Below are positions 1 through 12,298 of a stretch of 64,000 bases of DNA, one piece after another. Every line of letters starts with the position of its first letter. The stretch's first letter is position 1. The stretch covers positions 2,666,001 to 2,730,000 of the forward strand of contig ML978121.1 of the NCBI GenBank assembly GCA_010015805.1. Direction: 5' to 3'. A program made the position numbers and the translations under genes. The notes below the pieces were generated by a model that saw only the letters and a list, made by a program, of their open reading frames with translations, ran no database searches and was not told the origin of the DNA. The DNA is from Rhizodiscina lignyota (lineage: Eukaryota).

Positions 1-2
1 TC

Positions 3-137
3 AGACTGGGAAGTGTAGGATGTGGAATTGTAGACACTTACGTATCTATCGGGAAGAGCAAACTGTTTGCTACCACCAATGCCACTGAACCAGATATTGC
101 ATACACTATTGGCGGCGGATTTCTAAGAGACGACTGA
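3..137 (+). CDS. possible 3' end of a gene entering the window (RLGSVGCGIVDTYVSIGKSKLFATTNATEPDIAYTIGGGFLRDD*)
   Basis: Open frame from the window edge to TGA at 135-137; no family recognised. Confidence 0.25.
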   Translation, partial: RLGSVGCGIVDTYVSIGKSKLFATTNATEPDIAYTIGGGFLRDD

Positions 138-259
138 TTCGCCATGATGAAATGAGACTCGATCTATGGCCGTGCGATGTAGCCGCGATAAGGAATGCTG
201 AAACTGTTACAAAAATCAAGACTTCACAATAGCAGCTGTTGACCGCAGTCTAAAAGGGA

Positions 260-1072
260 ATAGGAAAATCTATATCATCTTCGATATTGGCCTCATTCCC
301 ACAGATGCCCAAAAATGAGGTATATGATAGCTGACATTATTAATGATACTTTGGTGTCTGAGATGCCGAGGTACAATGAAGGATTATGACACTTCGGAGT
401 CCGAAGCCGTAACGACATGGGACCTCTTACGCACGCACTCACAAATTTAATTTTTCGATTCCCCCTAAGTTGAAGAGATGCCTCTAATGATTGAACGATG
501 CTCTAGTTACATCTCCAGGCACGACCGAAGAAGTCGTATGGCAAGGAGTATGCCAAATTTAATCACAATCGGTGGTCGCATTCACCGCGATTGACGGATC
601 GTGAGGATATGAGAGCAACTTCTGCTTTAACTTCATTTTGAGAGAGAAATTCATACCAATCCCGATTTCGGAAGTGGTTTACCCCGTAATTGAGTAATGA
701 AAGAAATGAGTTGAACATTGGTGGCTGGAAGAGGGAGGCCGGGTGGCGTTCGACCTGGTGCGCCTCATTATGGCACTTCCACTACGTTGTGTGACTTGCG
801 TCGAGATTCTCTTCAATTCTACTTCAATTCTGCCAAATTCTGCTCCAAGCAAACACCGCACGTTGTCCAAGCTGTCGATCGCCAGCGGGAATACAAAAGA
901 TCAAAATACCAACTTCTTCGGCAAGTTGCCCGATTTCAAAGAAGGCGAAGATGACATGGACTATGAGCAGCAGATGGCAGCACTCCGTGACTCACAAACC
1001 CGAAGGGCCGATCCTGGAGTTCGTGCGAGGAGGAGGGATATAATTGTGAAGCAGCAGGATCCGAGCGAATGA
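260..1072 (+). pseudogene. decayed gene remnant with an F-box/2EXR-like N-terminal motif
   Basis: FPQMPK/MRYMIADII-like motif split by a frameshift in an A-run near 310; several stops follow, then the protein-like ORF 743-1072. Confidence 0.25.
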
Positions 1073-2255
1073 TGTGAATGGCCCCTATTCGCTCGTTGAA
1101 AAATGAGCTGGATTGGGCTGAGCGTTCCAAATTTCGGTTCTAACATGCAAGATACCTAAGGCGCGAGGTTCGAATAGTGCGCATCTTTCGCGCAGGGGAT
1201 CTTCTTCAACCCCGACGAGACGGTGTACGACCTCATGTAGTGTGAGAAGAATCCTCTTCAAGTTTAAGCTCAAGGGTCTAAGAGAACACATGTTTTGTTG
1301 ATAGACGCTTCTTCAACACTAAGTATACTATATGGCAGACCGTGACTCTGAACGTCGTATTCCAAGCCCATGGATATTGGTGTATCCTTTCCCGTCGTTC
1401 ATGGCTCACTTCTGCCACCACATCTGTATAAGTTAAATGACATACATCGTATCGTGGCCATTCGGACGCGACTCAGTAATTGATGTGAAGCCCCGATTCT
1501 CGTCGTTAATAGAAATGAGAGAGGTGTGCACGAAAGTCTGCACAATGTCCGAACGGTGGTTGAAAGGACCGAAAAGCTCAGACTTTCCTTCATCTTCCCT
1601 GTCATTCGGCCAGTTCAGACGATATGCCTGAGGTGTTGAGACCCCCGAGCGCACGCAGCTACCTGTCGCCGAACGTTGACATTTGCGGGTTGCGACTCCG
1701 GTGTGGACAGGACAGCGGGCAAGAAACTTCACTGTCCATTGCCATTGCTCCGTGCATCAACCGGAATGATCTCTACCATCACCGAGGAAGGTATTGAGGG
1801 TGACAGTCAACCTCACGGCCAATCGGATTCTCAAATTAGGGCAAGTCGGCTGAAGAGGCCGGGGTTCTGCGAGTCATGCTGTAAGATTCCGGGGATTGTG
1901 ATTGGCTACAATGACTTCTCCGCAGAAGCGGCACTCAGAGCCGCAAGGGGGAAGAAATCGTCGACATGTGGAGAAATCGGACGCAGCTCTTTTGGCACCA
2001 AAAGCGGGCGAGCATGCGACGTGAACGAATTGTCTTCAGCGTGGAGATGCCTCATCAACGCCGTTCCGCCTCTGCAGACTTCCACCCGGTGGAGTGGCAG
2101 TCACCCTGAGATTGATCCCCAGGACTGTACGATGTATAAAGAGGGGTCCCCATGGAGTTGAGATGATGATTATCAAGGCTCTCTTGCGATTTGTCTACTG
2201 GAGTTCTCAGGATTCGGCTCAAGGGCGCTCTGTTGCATATATACCTCTGACGACC

Positions 2256-4152
2256 ATGGACGACAAGAAGGACCTCCAAACCAAGACCGAGAAGCTCGGC
2301 GATGGCGCTGCTGACGATGTAATGCTCTTTGAGCCGGAGAAGCGGCCAATTGCTCAAGTGCTCAGAGAGAACCCATATATCGTTGGACTAGCTTGTGTAA
2401 GCACCTTGGCTTGTATACAATTCCAGGCTGTGATGTCCGCTGACCTCTTTGGTCACTCAGTTTGCAACGCTAGGTGGATTCCTGTTTGGATATGATCAAG
2501 GCGTCGTCAGTGGAATATTGACGATGGAATCCTTTGGCGCCAAGTTCCCTCGCATATATATGGATAGCGGGTTCAAAGGGTGGTTTACGTCCTCATTGCT
2601 ACTTGGTATGGAAGCAAGTCAAAGTTGATTGCGGAGTGGACTGACAATCTTTAGCTGCGTGGCTTGGTTCTCTCATCAATGGTCCTGTCTCAGACAAATT
2701 TGGCCGCAAGCATTCCATTTTGTTTGCTGTTGTGATTTTCGTATCTGGCTCTGCAATCCAAGCTGGTGCAGTCAGCATTCCCATGCTCTTCGTTGGTCGT
2801 ACCATTACTGGCATCCCGGTCGGAATGCTCACCATGGTGACGCCCCAATATCTCTCTGAGATCTCTGTGCCGACAATTCGTGGTACACTCGTGGTGCTCC
2901 AACAACTGAGCATCACCATTGGCATTCTGGTTAGCTACTGGTTGGAGTACGGGACTCACTACATCGGCGGTACTCGCTGTGATCCAACCATACCGTACAG
3001 TGGAGGCATGGCGAGCAAACCTACCTTTGACGCTTATCACGATGTTGGTCCAAACGGTTGTACAGGCCAGTCGGAAGCTTCATGGCGTGTGCCATTTGCC
3101 CTACAGATCTTCCCAGCTCTCGTTCTCGGCATAGGGATGCTTTTCTATCCGGAATCACCCAGATGGTGGCTCATGGTTGGCAAGGACCAGAAGGCTCTGG
3201 ACGCCCTGTCTCGCATCCGTCGTCTACCAACTGATGATCATATGCTCAGCACAGAATTCCTTGCCATCAAAGCTGATGTTCTCTTCGAGCAGTCTTACGT
3301 GCTTGAGCACTTCCACGGCTGGACTGGAATCCGACTCATGGCTGCCCAATACTTAGCTCTCGTCTCCACATGGCCAAACTTTCGTCGACTCAGCATTGGA
3401 AGCTGTATCATGTTCTTTCAGCAATTCATGGGCTGCAATGCCATGAGTAAGTTCGAGTAGCAAGCTTGATTGGGATACCTGTATTGACAAACAACATCAT
3501 AGTTTACTATGCGCCGACGATTTTTGGCCAATTAGGTCTCTCTGGAAACACAACGTCTCTTCTCGCCACAGGGGTTTATGGGATTGTCAACACGCTGTGG
3601 ACTCTTCCTGCCCTATTCTTAATTGACAAAGTCGGCCGCAGACCACTCCTCATGTGTGGTGCGTTAGGTACTTTCATCTCCCTCGTGATCGTCGGCGGCA
3701 TCGTTGGCGGTTATGGCTCGAATCTCGCAGCCAACAAAGCCGCTGGCTGGACCGGAATTGCATTCATCTACATCTACGACATTAACTTCTCATACTCCTT
3801 TGCTCCCATCGGGTGGGTCCTACCATCGGAGATATTTAACCTGGGCAACCGCTCAAAGGCTATGTCCATTACGACGTCCTCAACTTGGATGTGCAATTTC
3901 ATCATCGGGCTCGTAACGCCGGACATGCTGTCGACGATCAAATGGGGCACGTACATCTTCTTTGCGGCGTTCTGCCTGCTTGCGCTGGCATTTACCTACT
4001 TCTTTGTGCCGGAGACGAAGGGCAGGAGTTTGGAGGACATGGACTTGGTATTTGGAGATAATGCAGCACATGAAGAGAAAGCACATTTGGTGAGGATTGC
4101 TCAAGGGTTGAGAATTGAGGCAGAGCAGGAGAATAGGGCAGCGCAAGTCTGA
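2256..4152 (+). CDS. MFS sugar porter (monosaccharide/quinate-type transporter), 4 exons
   Basis: Introns 2397-2460, 2606-2654 and 3447-3502 give a continuous frame with GGFLFGYDQG, DKFGRK, PESPRW, FQQFMGCN..YYAP, DKVGRRP and PETKGRSLE motifs. Confidence 0.95.
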
Positions 4153-4556
4153 GTGTCATGAGCGGAAGAGCAATGACGCAATAGGTATTCATTTGCATTC
4201 ACGCTATGCAAGGTCTGAGTTGAAGAATGGCTTTGCTCAGGACTCTCAAGTGAAGCTGGAGCAGTTCAGATGGTCACAAGTCTCATCTGTCACGCAGGCG
4301 CGACTGAAAAGCGCGCCTTCCTTCACACTGCCGCGCCGACTTCGCATTCACAACAACAACAAACTTTTCATTTCGGCTTCTACCGCTTTTTGCCGCCTTG
4401 CCATCACTATAAAAACGCCGCCCCTCCGCGCGAACCTTTTGTTTTTCTCTTTCACCACAACAACAACCTCTGCGCGTATCCCGCGCGCATTTGCACTTTG
4501 CATCATTCTGCAAGCTTCTCTTCCTTCTTTAACTGTTATATCTTGTTCAAGTAACA

Positions 4557-5647
4557 ATGCCTGCCCTCCCGGCAAACCCTTGGTACGAGGGCGAGCGTCG
4601 CGAGATTAAGCCAAGGAGGACTATCTGCACGACCTGCGACAGGACCATCATGAGCAAGGATTGGATCGGTCACACCAACGGCAAGATGCATCGCGAGAAG
4701 ACGGTCTTGAGGGAGATCTTGGAGAAGGCTGCTGCTGCTGGTGTCGCCAAGTCGAGTGAAGGCGCTGGCTGGGGTGCTTCCGGTGCCTCTGGTCTGACCG
4801 ACGTGACCAACAAGCCTCGTGGAGGCATGGAATGTCATAATTGCGGTCAAGGTGAGTAACACGCGCCTCAAGTCGCCCTCAAACTTTGCGCGACACGCTT
4901 TCTCGTTGTAAGGACAGACTAACTTATGTAGCCGGTCACAAGAAGAGCGACTGCACCGAGCCTCCTTCTGCGCGCAATGTTGAGTGCCGTAAGTGTCAGC
5001 AGGGTGAGTGTTTCCTTTCAACCTTTTCACTCTTCAACCTCACTCATAACACGCGATCTTCTTTTAACAACGTCACAGTTGGCCACTTCGCCAAGGACTG
5101 CCCCAAGGGTGGCTTCGCCTGCCACAACTGCGACCAGCAAGGCCACAAGTCTAAGGACTGCCCTGAGCCAAAGGTGCCCAAGTGCAAGAACTGTGACGAG
5201 CGCGGCCACATTGCGAAGGAGTGCCCGAAGCCGAAGGACTGGAGCCGCATCACTTGCAACAACTGCGGCAACACGGGTCATGGCGCTAAGCGTTGCCCAA
5301 ACCCTCCTGCCGAGCCTCAGGCGAGTGGCGGTGGATGGGGCGACAATGGCGCTGGCTCTGGAGCTTCTGGTAGCTGGGACACCAATGGTGCTGCTGCTAC
5401 TGGCGCCGCCGCTGGAGGCTGGGACAACCCAAGTACGACTGCTGAGACTGGTGCCGCTGCTACCGGCGCCGCCACTGGAGGCTGGGACAACCCAAGTACG
5501 ACTGCTGAGAATGGTACTACCGGCGAGGCTCGCAACATCGAGGGCGCCAAGGAATTCTTCGGTACATACGGCAGCGTCGACGGCAACCCGACCGGTGGAC
5601 AGTCTTCCAACAGCTGGGACGACAACAACAACGATGGTGGTTGGTGA
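4557..5647 (+). CDS. zinc-knuckle protein: N-terminal C2H2 finger, 5 CCHC knuckles, GW/WG-rich tail (CnjB-like annotation class)
   Basis: Introns ~4852-4930 and 5004-5078; CxxC..HxxxxxH finger, five CX2CX4HX4C motifs, strong codon bias, C-terminal DGGW*. Confidence 0.9.
5387..5515 (+). repeat. 63-bp in-frame tandem duplication (GAAATGAAxGGWDNPSTTAEx x2)
   Basis: Units start at 5387 and 5450 with 4 mismatches; a partial third unit starts at 5513. Confidence 0.95.
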
Positions 5648-6605
5648 GAGTCCTCTACTCATGGACCTTATAAAGGCTGATCACCCCGTTCGGCCTTTCT
5701 TACGCTGGCTGGTGGTGGGATTTCAATGGTTCCATAATGCTAGCTATTGGCGAGCTTGATTGGAACTCATGAAGATTTCTGTGGCTCGCAGTCATGTGGT
5801 TTTTCTTTCTTCTTTGCGACATCTGGCAGTTTACGATGCAACTCGATTGGTGACAAGTCCTCCGTATGATGCGGATGACGAGTCTACGATACAAATGAAT
5901 TTGCGACTTGAACTTTCAAACGACTCTGTAACTCTACTCTAGTACATAGGCCTCTAGTTGGAGATTACCTCAAACCACATGCGACTAAACTCTAGTGCTT
6001 GAGCAATCTTGACGTTCAACCGTGACTTCCGCCATGTACCTCAAAACATGACGTGAACTTTAACCTCATAGTATGAAATTACTGCGTCACTCTAATACCG
6101 ACGCCAACTCCAATATTTCGGTCGATCAGGAATGATCTCCGAACTCATCGATCTGTAGGCAAGGCTTAACCAAAAGCTTCGCGAAGATCAACGGTAGTAC
6201 GTACGTCACGACCCGCTCCACACAATCCGTTCAACCAACAACGCAATCCATAAAAGAAACGTGCAATTCCCTTATTACTCAAAACAACTATCTTGCAGAT
6301 TCGATGTCCCAAAGTTGTGGAATTGCTCCATTCTATTCACTCAATACAACTGTGAGAAGTGTGCGTGAAGCAGAATGCTGATGTCACAATTGTTATCATG
6401 CGATTCACGAGATGGTGTCTGGCAGTATATAAGACAAAATGTATGGCAACAACTAGCATGCCGTCTGACTGTCATATGGGCATTGATATCACATTTATTT
6501 TCACTGTCTGAATTTTCTATTTAATTCTGTACTGCGGCATAACTATTGAATCGCCTCAAGATTTCCATCCAGCTACTCTTTTTATCCGCATAACAACCGA
6601 CGACA

Positions 6606-7014
6606 ATGCGCTTCGCAATAGTCCTCACGTCTCTCATGGCGGCGTTCGTGTCATCTAGCGTCTTGGATATTCCACAAGTGATCGACCTCTATGTGAGTAG
6701 CTGATAACCTCTATACCTTTCAATGCTCGAACTAATCGTCACAGGGCCGTCAAGACAAGAGCTCCAGCTCCGCCAGTGTCAGCACAGTTACATCCACGAC
6801 GACAGCACAGACTAGCTCGTCCGCCAATCCTATGACCTCGTCTCCCTCGAACCTCACCGTCCAAGGTGGTTCGGGCGATGCAGGTGGCGGCACGAGCGCA
6901 GGCACTTCGGACGCTGGGAGATCGTTCGACACGAATATGATGCTGGTGGTCACGATAGCTGGTATGATTTCTGTTGGAACGCTCATGGTGGGAGACAGAG
7001 GGCAACATGCATAA
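6606..7014 (+). CDS. small secreted S/T-rich protein with C-terminal hydrophobic (GPI/TM) segment, 118 aa
   Basis: MRFAIVLTSLMAAFVSS signal peptide; phase-0 intron 6693-6744 (GTGAGT..ACTAAT..CAG) joins it to the S/T-rich frame; TATA-like TATATAAG near 6426. Confidence 0.75.
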
Positions 7015-7185
7015 ATGTAGCACTCCTCTAAATTGCTGGCGCTCAGCAGGTCGTGAGGGCGGTTGGAGGTATGATGAGTAAAAGTGAACACTGAGGGACA
7101 AGAGAACCATCGTTAATAGTCTTTAGCGTAATCGTCAGGTCATGTATCATACAACTCGTTGACTCTGTATGACATACCTCTGCTC

Positions 7186-8970
7186 CTACATCCTGAAAAC
7201 GCCCCATCTCGTCTCGCCGCCCAGGGCCTCTCTCTCCCTTAGGCCTTCTCCGGAAGACGCCATCCTCAATCCCATGCCGAGCACTCTCCTCGTATGACTC
7301 GGTGGAATGATACCGTCATCCCACAACCTCGCACTACCAAACGTGGCCAAACTCTCCCTCTCAATCCTTGCCTTAAGCTCCGGGTCCGCTTGCCGTCCCA
7401 CCGCCTCCATGACTGCAGACAGTTGCTCCGGCCCCATAACTGATGTTCGTGCATTCGGCCAGGTGAAGAGCAGACGGGGCGAATATGCACGACCGCACAT
7501 ACCGTAATTCCCAGCTCCCGCGCTGCTTCCGAAGACGACGGTGAATTTAGGCACATCCGCACATGCTACGGCCGTAACCAGCTTCGCGCCGTTCTTTGCG
7601 ATGCCGCCCTTCTCGGCGTCGGCGCCAACCATGAAGCCGGATATGTTTTGTAGGAAGAGCAAAGGGATGCGGCGTTTGGCGCAGAGCTGAATGAAGTGCG
7701 CTCCTTTGAGGGAAGATTCAGAGAAGAGGATACCGTTGTTCGCAAGGATACCGATCGGTTGTCCTTGGATCTTTGCGAAGCCGGTGACAAGAGTGCTGCC
7801 GTAGTCCTTCTTGAACTCTGCAAATTCGCTGCCGTCTACTATCCTCGCTATTACTTCGTGTGCGGGAATTTGTCTCCTCAAATTCGTGCCTACAATGCCG
7901 CCAAGCTCCTCTGGATCATACAGAGGCTCTTTCCAGGCAGTTGTCTTTCCAGATCCATCGTCTGAGCCTATTCCCAGAGTTGCTCCCATGCCCAGAGGCC
8001 AGTTCAATCTTGAAACGCATCTCCTTGCTAGCACAAGTGCATGAGCGTCGTCCACAGCCAGGTAATCTGTTACGCCGCTGACCTCGGAGTGCAACTTCCC
8101 ACCACCAAGCTCTTCTGCGCTCACGACCTCTCCAGTTGCAGCCTTCACAAGCGGCGGGCCAGCTAGAAATATGTGGCCCTGCTCCGCTACAATGATACTC
8201 TCGTCACTCATGCTAGGCACATAAGCACCTCCCGCCGTACAAGGCCCCATTACAATAGAGATTTGTGGTATATTCAACGATGACATCCTCGCCTGGTTGT
8301 AGAATATGCGTCCGAAGTGCTCTTTATCTGGGAAGACGTCTGCCTGATGTGGAAGGTTTGCACCACCTGAGTCTACTAAGTACAGACAAGGCAGTCTGTT
8401 CTCCTGCGCAATCGCCTGGGCGCGAAGATGTTTCTTCACAGTGACCGGATAATACGTTCCACCTTTGACCGTGCTATCATTCGCAACAATCATGCATGTC
8501 ACTCCCTCTACCGTCCCAATACCCGTGACAATGCCTCCAGCGGGTACGTCTTCGCCAGGATACGCATCGTATCCGGCCAATTGGCTCAGCTCGAGGAACG
8601 GAGATCCGGGATCAAGCAAGGCAGTAACACGGTCGCGTACTAGCATCTTGCCTCTAGCAGTATGCTTGTCTCTTGCTTTCTGAGAGCCGCCGAGGGTAAT
8701 CCGGCTGTGCAGGGACGACATTTGATCGAGGAGCTCACTCATTGCTGCGGCGTTCTCTTTGAATTCGGCGGACGAGGTGTCTACATTGGTAGGGATGACG
8801 GATAGGGCAGAGGCATGGTGCGAATGAGAGTGTGTCGCTAGGCTGCGGCTTTGCGAATGCCATTGAGAAGGTCGTCGTCTTAGACATGGTCGTATAGACG
8901 AGCGTGCGGATGTGCGGGTCGCGGTTCGGAGGAGGGATAGGAGGGAGGGCGAAGGCGCAGGTGGTGGCAT
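7186..8970 (-). CDS. mccB: 3-methylcrotonyl-CoA carboxylase beta subunit, mitochondrial
   Basis: Carboxyl-transferase motifs [50 protein letters not shown]-terminal WGVFRM; Arg/Ser-rich presequence. Confidence 0.97.
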   Translation of the reverse strand: MPPPAPSPSLLSLLRTATRTSARSSIRPCLRRRPSQWHSQSRSLATHSHSHHASALSVIPTNVDTSSAEFKENAAAMSELLDQMSSLHSRITLGGSQKARDKHTARGKMLVRDRVTALLDPGSPFLELSQLAGYDAYPGEDVPAGGIVTGIGTVEGVTCMIVANDSTVKGGTYYPVTVKKHLRAQAIAQENRLPCLYLVDSGGANLPHQADVFPDKEHFGRIFYNQARMSSLNIPQISIVMGPCTAGGAYVPSMSDESIIVAEQGHIFLAGPPLVKAATGEVVSAEELGGGKLHSEVSGVTDYLAVDDAHALVLARRCVSRLNWPLGMGATLGIGSDDGSGKTTAWKEPLYDPEELGGIVGTNLRRQIPAHEVIARIVDGSEFAEFKKDYGSTLVTGFAKIQGQPIGILANNGILFSESSLKGAHFIQLCAKRRIPLLFLQNISGFMVGADAEKGGIAKNGAKLVTAVACADVPKFTVVFGSSAGAGNYGMCGRAYSPRLLFTWPNARTSVMGPEQLSAVMEAVGRQADPELKARIERESLATFGSARLWDDGIIPPSHTRRVLGMGLRMASSGEGLREREALGGETRWGVFRM

Positions 8971-9197
8971 TGCTGGGGACTGAAGAGATGGTAGGGAAAG
9001 GATGTATTCTGCCCTGGTTCAAGAGTTGAAGCAGAATTGAACGTGAAGTAGAGACGTATAGCTCGGCTTTGAAGAACTGGAGTGAGGGATGACATCGTAT
9101 CTGGGGTCTAATGCCGATGGTAACCGGCCACGGCATGCGGAGAACGAGGACAAACCTTCGCAGCTGATGGCAGCGCATCATTTCAACAATATTCACA
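8971..9197. promoter_or_regulatory. short bidirectional promoter between mccB and ivdA
   Basis: 227 bp between the divergent start codons of consecutive leucine-catabolism enzymes. Confidence 0.7.
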
Positions 9198-10683
9198 ATG
9201 GCCTCAAGATTTGCACCAAGGCTGTTCTCACAGTCCTTTCGACAACTCTCCCGCCCGCAGCGACACATAATCTCTCTAAATGCGCGACGGGCCGCGTCGA
9301 CCAAACATCCTCGCGGCTTCGTTGCGCCGACGAGCGAAGAGCTGGATGAGTTGAGAGAAAGAGTTCAGGAGTTTACAAGTACGTTGTTCTACCACTTTGC
9401 CCTTTAGAATGTACTGATAGAATGTTAGGACGAGAGATATCCGAAGATGTCGCCCAGACCACCGACCACAGCAACGAATTTCCCACGGACATGTGGCAGA
9501 AGCTTGGAGATGCAGGATTACTCGGCATAACGGCAGATGAGGAGTATGGAGGGTTAGGGATGGGATATCAAGCACATTGTGTAGTCATGGAGGAGCTGAG
9601 CCGGGCGTCAGGTGCGTCTGAAGCTTCCAACAGGACTTCCTGGCTCTCTTTTCCATGAGACAACATACTAATGTCGTAGGCAGCATCGGCCTCTCCTACG
9701 CTGCTCACTCCCAACTCTGCGTCAATCAGTTAATGCTTAATGGCTCTCCTGACCAAAAAGCAAAGTTCCTCCCCGACCTCCTATCAGGTGCGAAGGTTGG
9801 CGCGCTCGCCATGTCAGAGCACTCTGCCGGATCAGACGTTGTGAGCATGAAGATGGCCGCGAAAGAAGTGGACGGCGGATACCTTCTCAACGGCACCAAG
9901 ATGTGGATCACAAACGGGCCTGACGCGTCGACAATCATCGTGTACGCGAAGACCGACCCTAAAGGTGGTAGTAAGGGCATCACGGCCTTTATAATCGACC
10001 TCTCGCAGCAGGAGACAGCAAAGGGATTCTCTGTTGCAAGAAAATTGGATAAACTGGGCATGCGTGGAAGCAATACGGGCGAGCTCATCTTTGACGACGT
10101 CTTCGTCCCGCGCGAGAATGTGCTTGGCAAAGTCAACCGGGGTGTCCGAGTACTGATGGAGGGCCTGGATCTGGAAAGATTAGTTCTTAGCGCTGGACCA
10201 TTGGGTATCATGAAGGCATGTCTCGACACTGCCCTGCCCTACGTGCATACGAGACAACAATTTGGAGCACCCATCGCCAGTCAGCAACTGGTACAGGGAA
10301 AGCTGGCAGATATGTACACCAAGTATCGTGCAAGCCAATCTTTCACATTAGCAGTTGCCAAAGAGGTCGATGAGTCTGCAACTAAAGGATCTTCTTCCGC
10401 CGTCCTCGATGGGGAAAACAAGGAAGAGGCAGCAGAGTCGGGCACTGGTGCAGTAGTGAAGACGCAAGACTGTGCAGGGGCTATTCTGTATGCTGCAGAG
10501 AGAGCGACAGAATGCGCGCTTGACTGCATACAATTGCTAGGAGGGACTGGATATGTCAACGAGGTTTCAGCTGGAAGGCTGCTGAGGGATGCGAAGTTGT
10601 ACGAGATTGGAGCAGGGACGAGTGAAGTCAGAAGAATGGTCATTGGACGAGCTTTCAACAAAGAATTCGGAGTCGGCCGATGA
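9198..10683 (+). CDS. ivdA: isovaleryl-CoA dehydrogenase, mitochondrial, 3 exons
   Basis: Introns 9379-9428 and 9612-9679; [68 protein letters not shown]. Confidence 0.97.
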
Positions 10684-10972
10684 TACAGCTCTTGAGCATT
10701 GCTAATTGTGAGATACCAAGAGTCTTCGGCATTGTTTGAACACCATCGTTGGTCACGAGCCTCGTCGCCTGTGTCGGGGATATCGCCTCCAGTATCGGTT
10801 GTAACATGACAAAGTCCGTTATTCGCACTTTGCACAGCTACGTCAGCATCTATTCGACTTTGAGAGAAACTATTTCCGTAAGGTTACACCAATACTCCGA
10901 GCATCGTGTACCTACCACGCACGAGACCAGTCTTCGACCAGGGCCCCACGCGTCTCCAATATTGATCGTTGC

Positions 10973-11900
10973 ATGACAAAATCATTCCTCAGGCACCTTC
11001 GTCGAATACGTCAGCACCTATGTGATTCCGAGAGAAGCAACTTCCCGTCTGCACAGCTAGCCTTATGCTCTAAGCATCGTTTGTCATGCGCGATACCCGC
11101 CCTTGACCAGGATCGCGAATCCCCAGAATTATTTTATCCCTGCGCAGATCCTCTTGAAGTCTCTTCGATCTATCGTGCGAGTATCAACATCCTTTCATGG
11201 AATGCGAATTCTGTGCTCCCGACTCAGTGAGTTAAGAATCGACGATCTCTTTGGACACTTGCCTTCCGCCATATCCGCTCGAATCTTTCAGTGTCGACGT
11301 CAACGCGCACATTCGTCCTTCAGACGCTTTCGCACTGGGCTGCGAGCCTCCATACAATTTCACATTCTCTGACTTCTGCGCGCCTGGCTTGATGAACTGA
11401 GTATCGCCGGAGTACATCTGCGCTTGTCTCCATCAATCTTCATCGAATGTTCAGGTATTATATCTCGTATTCTGACGACTCCGCGGTGCTACCAGAGCAT
11501 GTACACAATTTGACACTTCCTGACTTCTATGCGCCCAGTTTGACTACCTGAGCAACTCCAGGTTATCGTGACATCCCTATTAAGTGATCATCTCACAAGC
11601 CTCTCATCTTACTTGTCACTGGCTAGAATCGCTCTTCTGGAGACCTCTGTACTGCTGCACGAGCGTGACCGCTGCAGTCGGAGAAAGGCTTTCCTTGCGC
11701 AATCATACTGTTGGACGAGCATCTATATAATTCTAATTTGCGCGTCTTCCACGGGATGGACTTGATGCTTCAAGCATCAGAGACCTTTCACAGTGTTTCT
11801 TCGATGATCCGTGTACGGTGGCCAAAATATTCGTTCGACATCCGTACGGACCCAGTGCATCACGACGGCCACATAGTGGAAATTTTGTATTGTAAAATAA
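10973..11900 (+). pseudogene. degenerate F-box/LRR-like gene
   Basis: N-terminus SFLRHL..IRQHL..LALCSK..AIPAL resembles fungal F-box; Leu-rich fragments continue in different frames with stops. Confidence 0.35.
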
Positions 11901-12298
11901 CCCAAATGCTTGACTACGATTTGGATACATTGCTATAAAGGGAAATTTTGTCTAAAAGCCTCTTCCATTAACCTCAATCTAATCTCAAGGCCAGAAGATG
12001 AGGCCAGCCTGTATTAGACCGCTGCAGTCAAGCAGTATGTGAAAGCATGATACAGCAGATTGTAGTGAAGAGCAGAGCAAACCGTCTCTCGGTGATGGAA
12101 GACTGAAGACGCCCGATATACCAGACATGTCCGACTTTTAAGCAAAGAACTCCAGTTGAGCCGAATCCCTCAGTCCATGAATCGATTACCATAAACAACC
12201 GAGAGTTCATAAGCGCAAATTGCAGCCAACCAGGAGCCAGATTGCTTCAGCTCGCCTATATTAGAGTCTGTTGAAGTAGCACCGCTATCCGCCAATCC

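Noticed and set aside
144..201. C/D-box snoRNA-like ATGATGA...CTGA
   Set aside because: Only ~58 nt, with no flanking terminal stem and no recognisable rRNA guide
1167..1175. tRNA T-loop-like GGTTCGAAT
   Set aside because: No T-stem, A box or cloverleaf
1085..1732. Protein-like minus-strand fragments
   Set aside because: Interrupted by stops with no recognisable family; at most a decayed remnant
4977..5759. Long alternative-frame and antisense ORFs over the zinc-knuckle gene (likewise over mccB, ivdA, RAD30, DOA10 and the ER protein)
   Set aside because: Shadow ORFs caused by codon bias of the real genes
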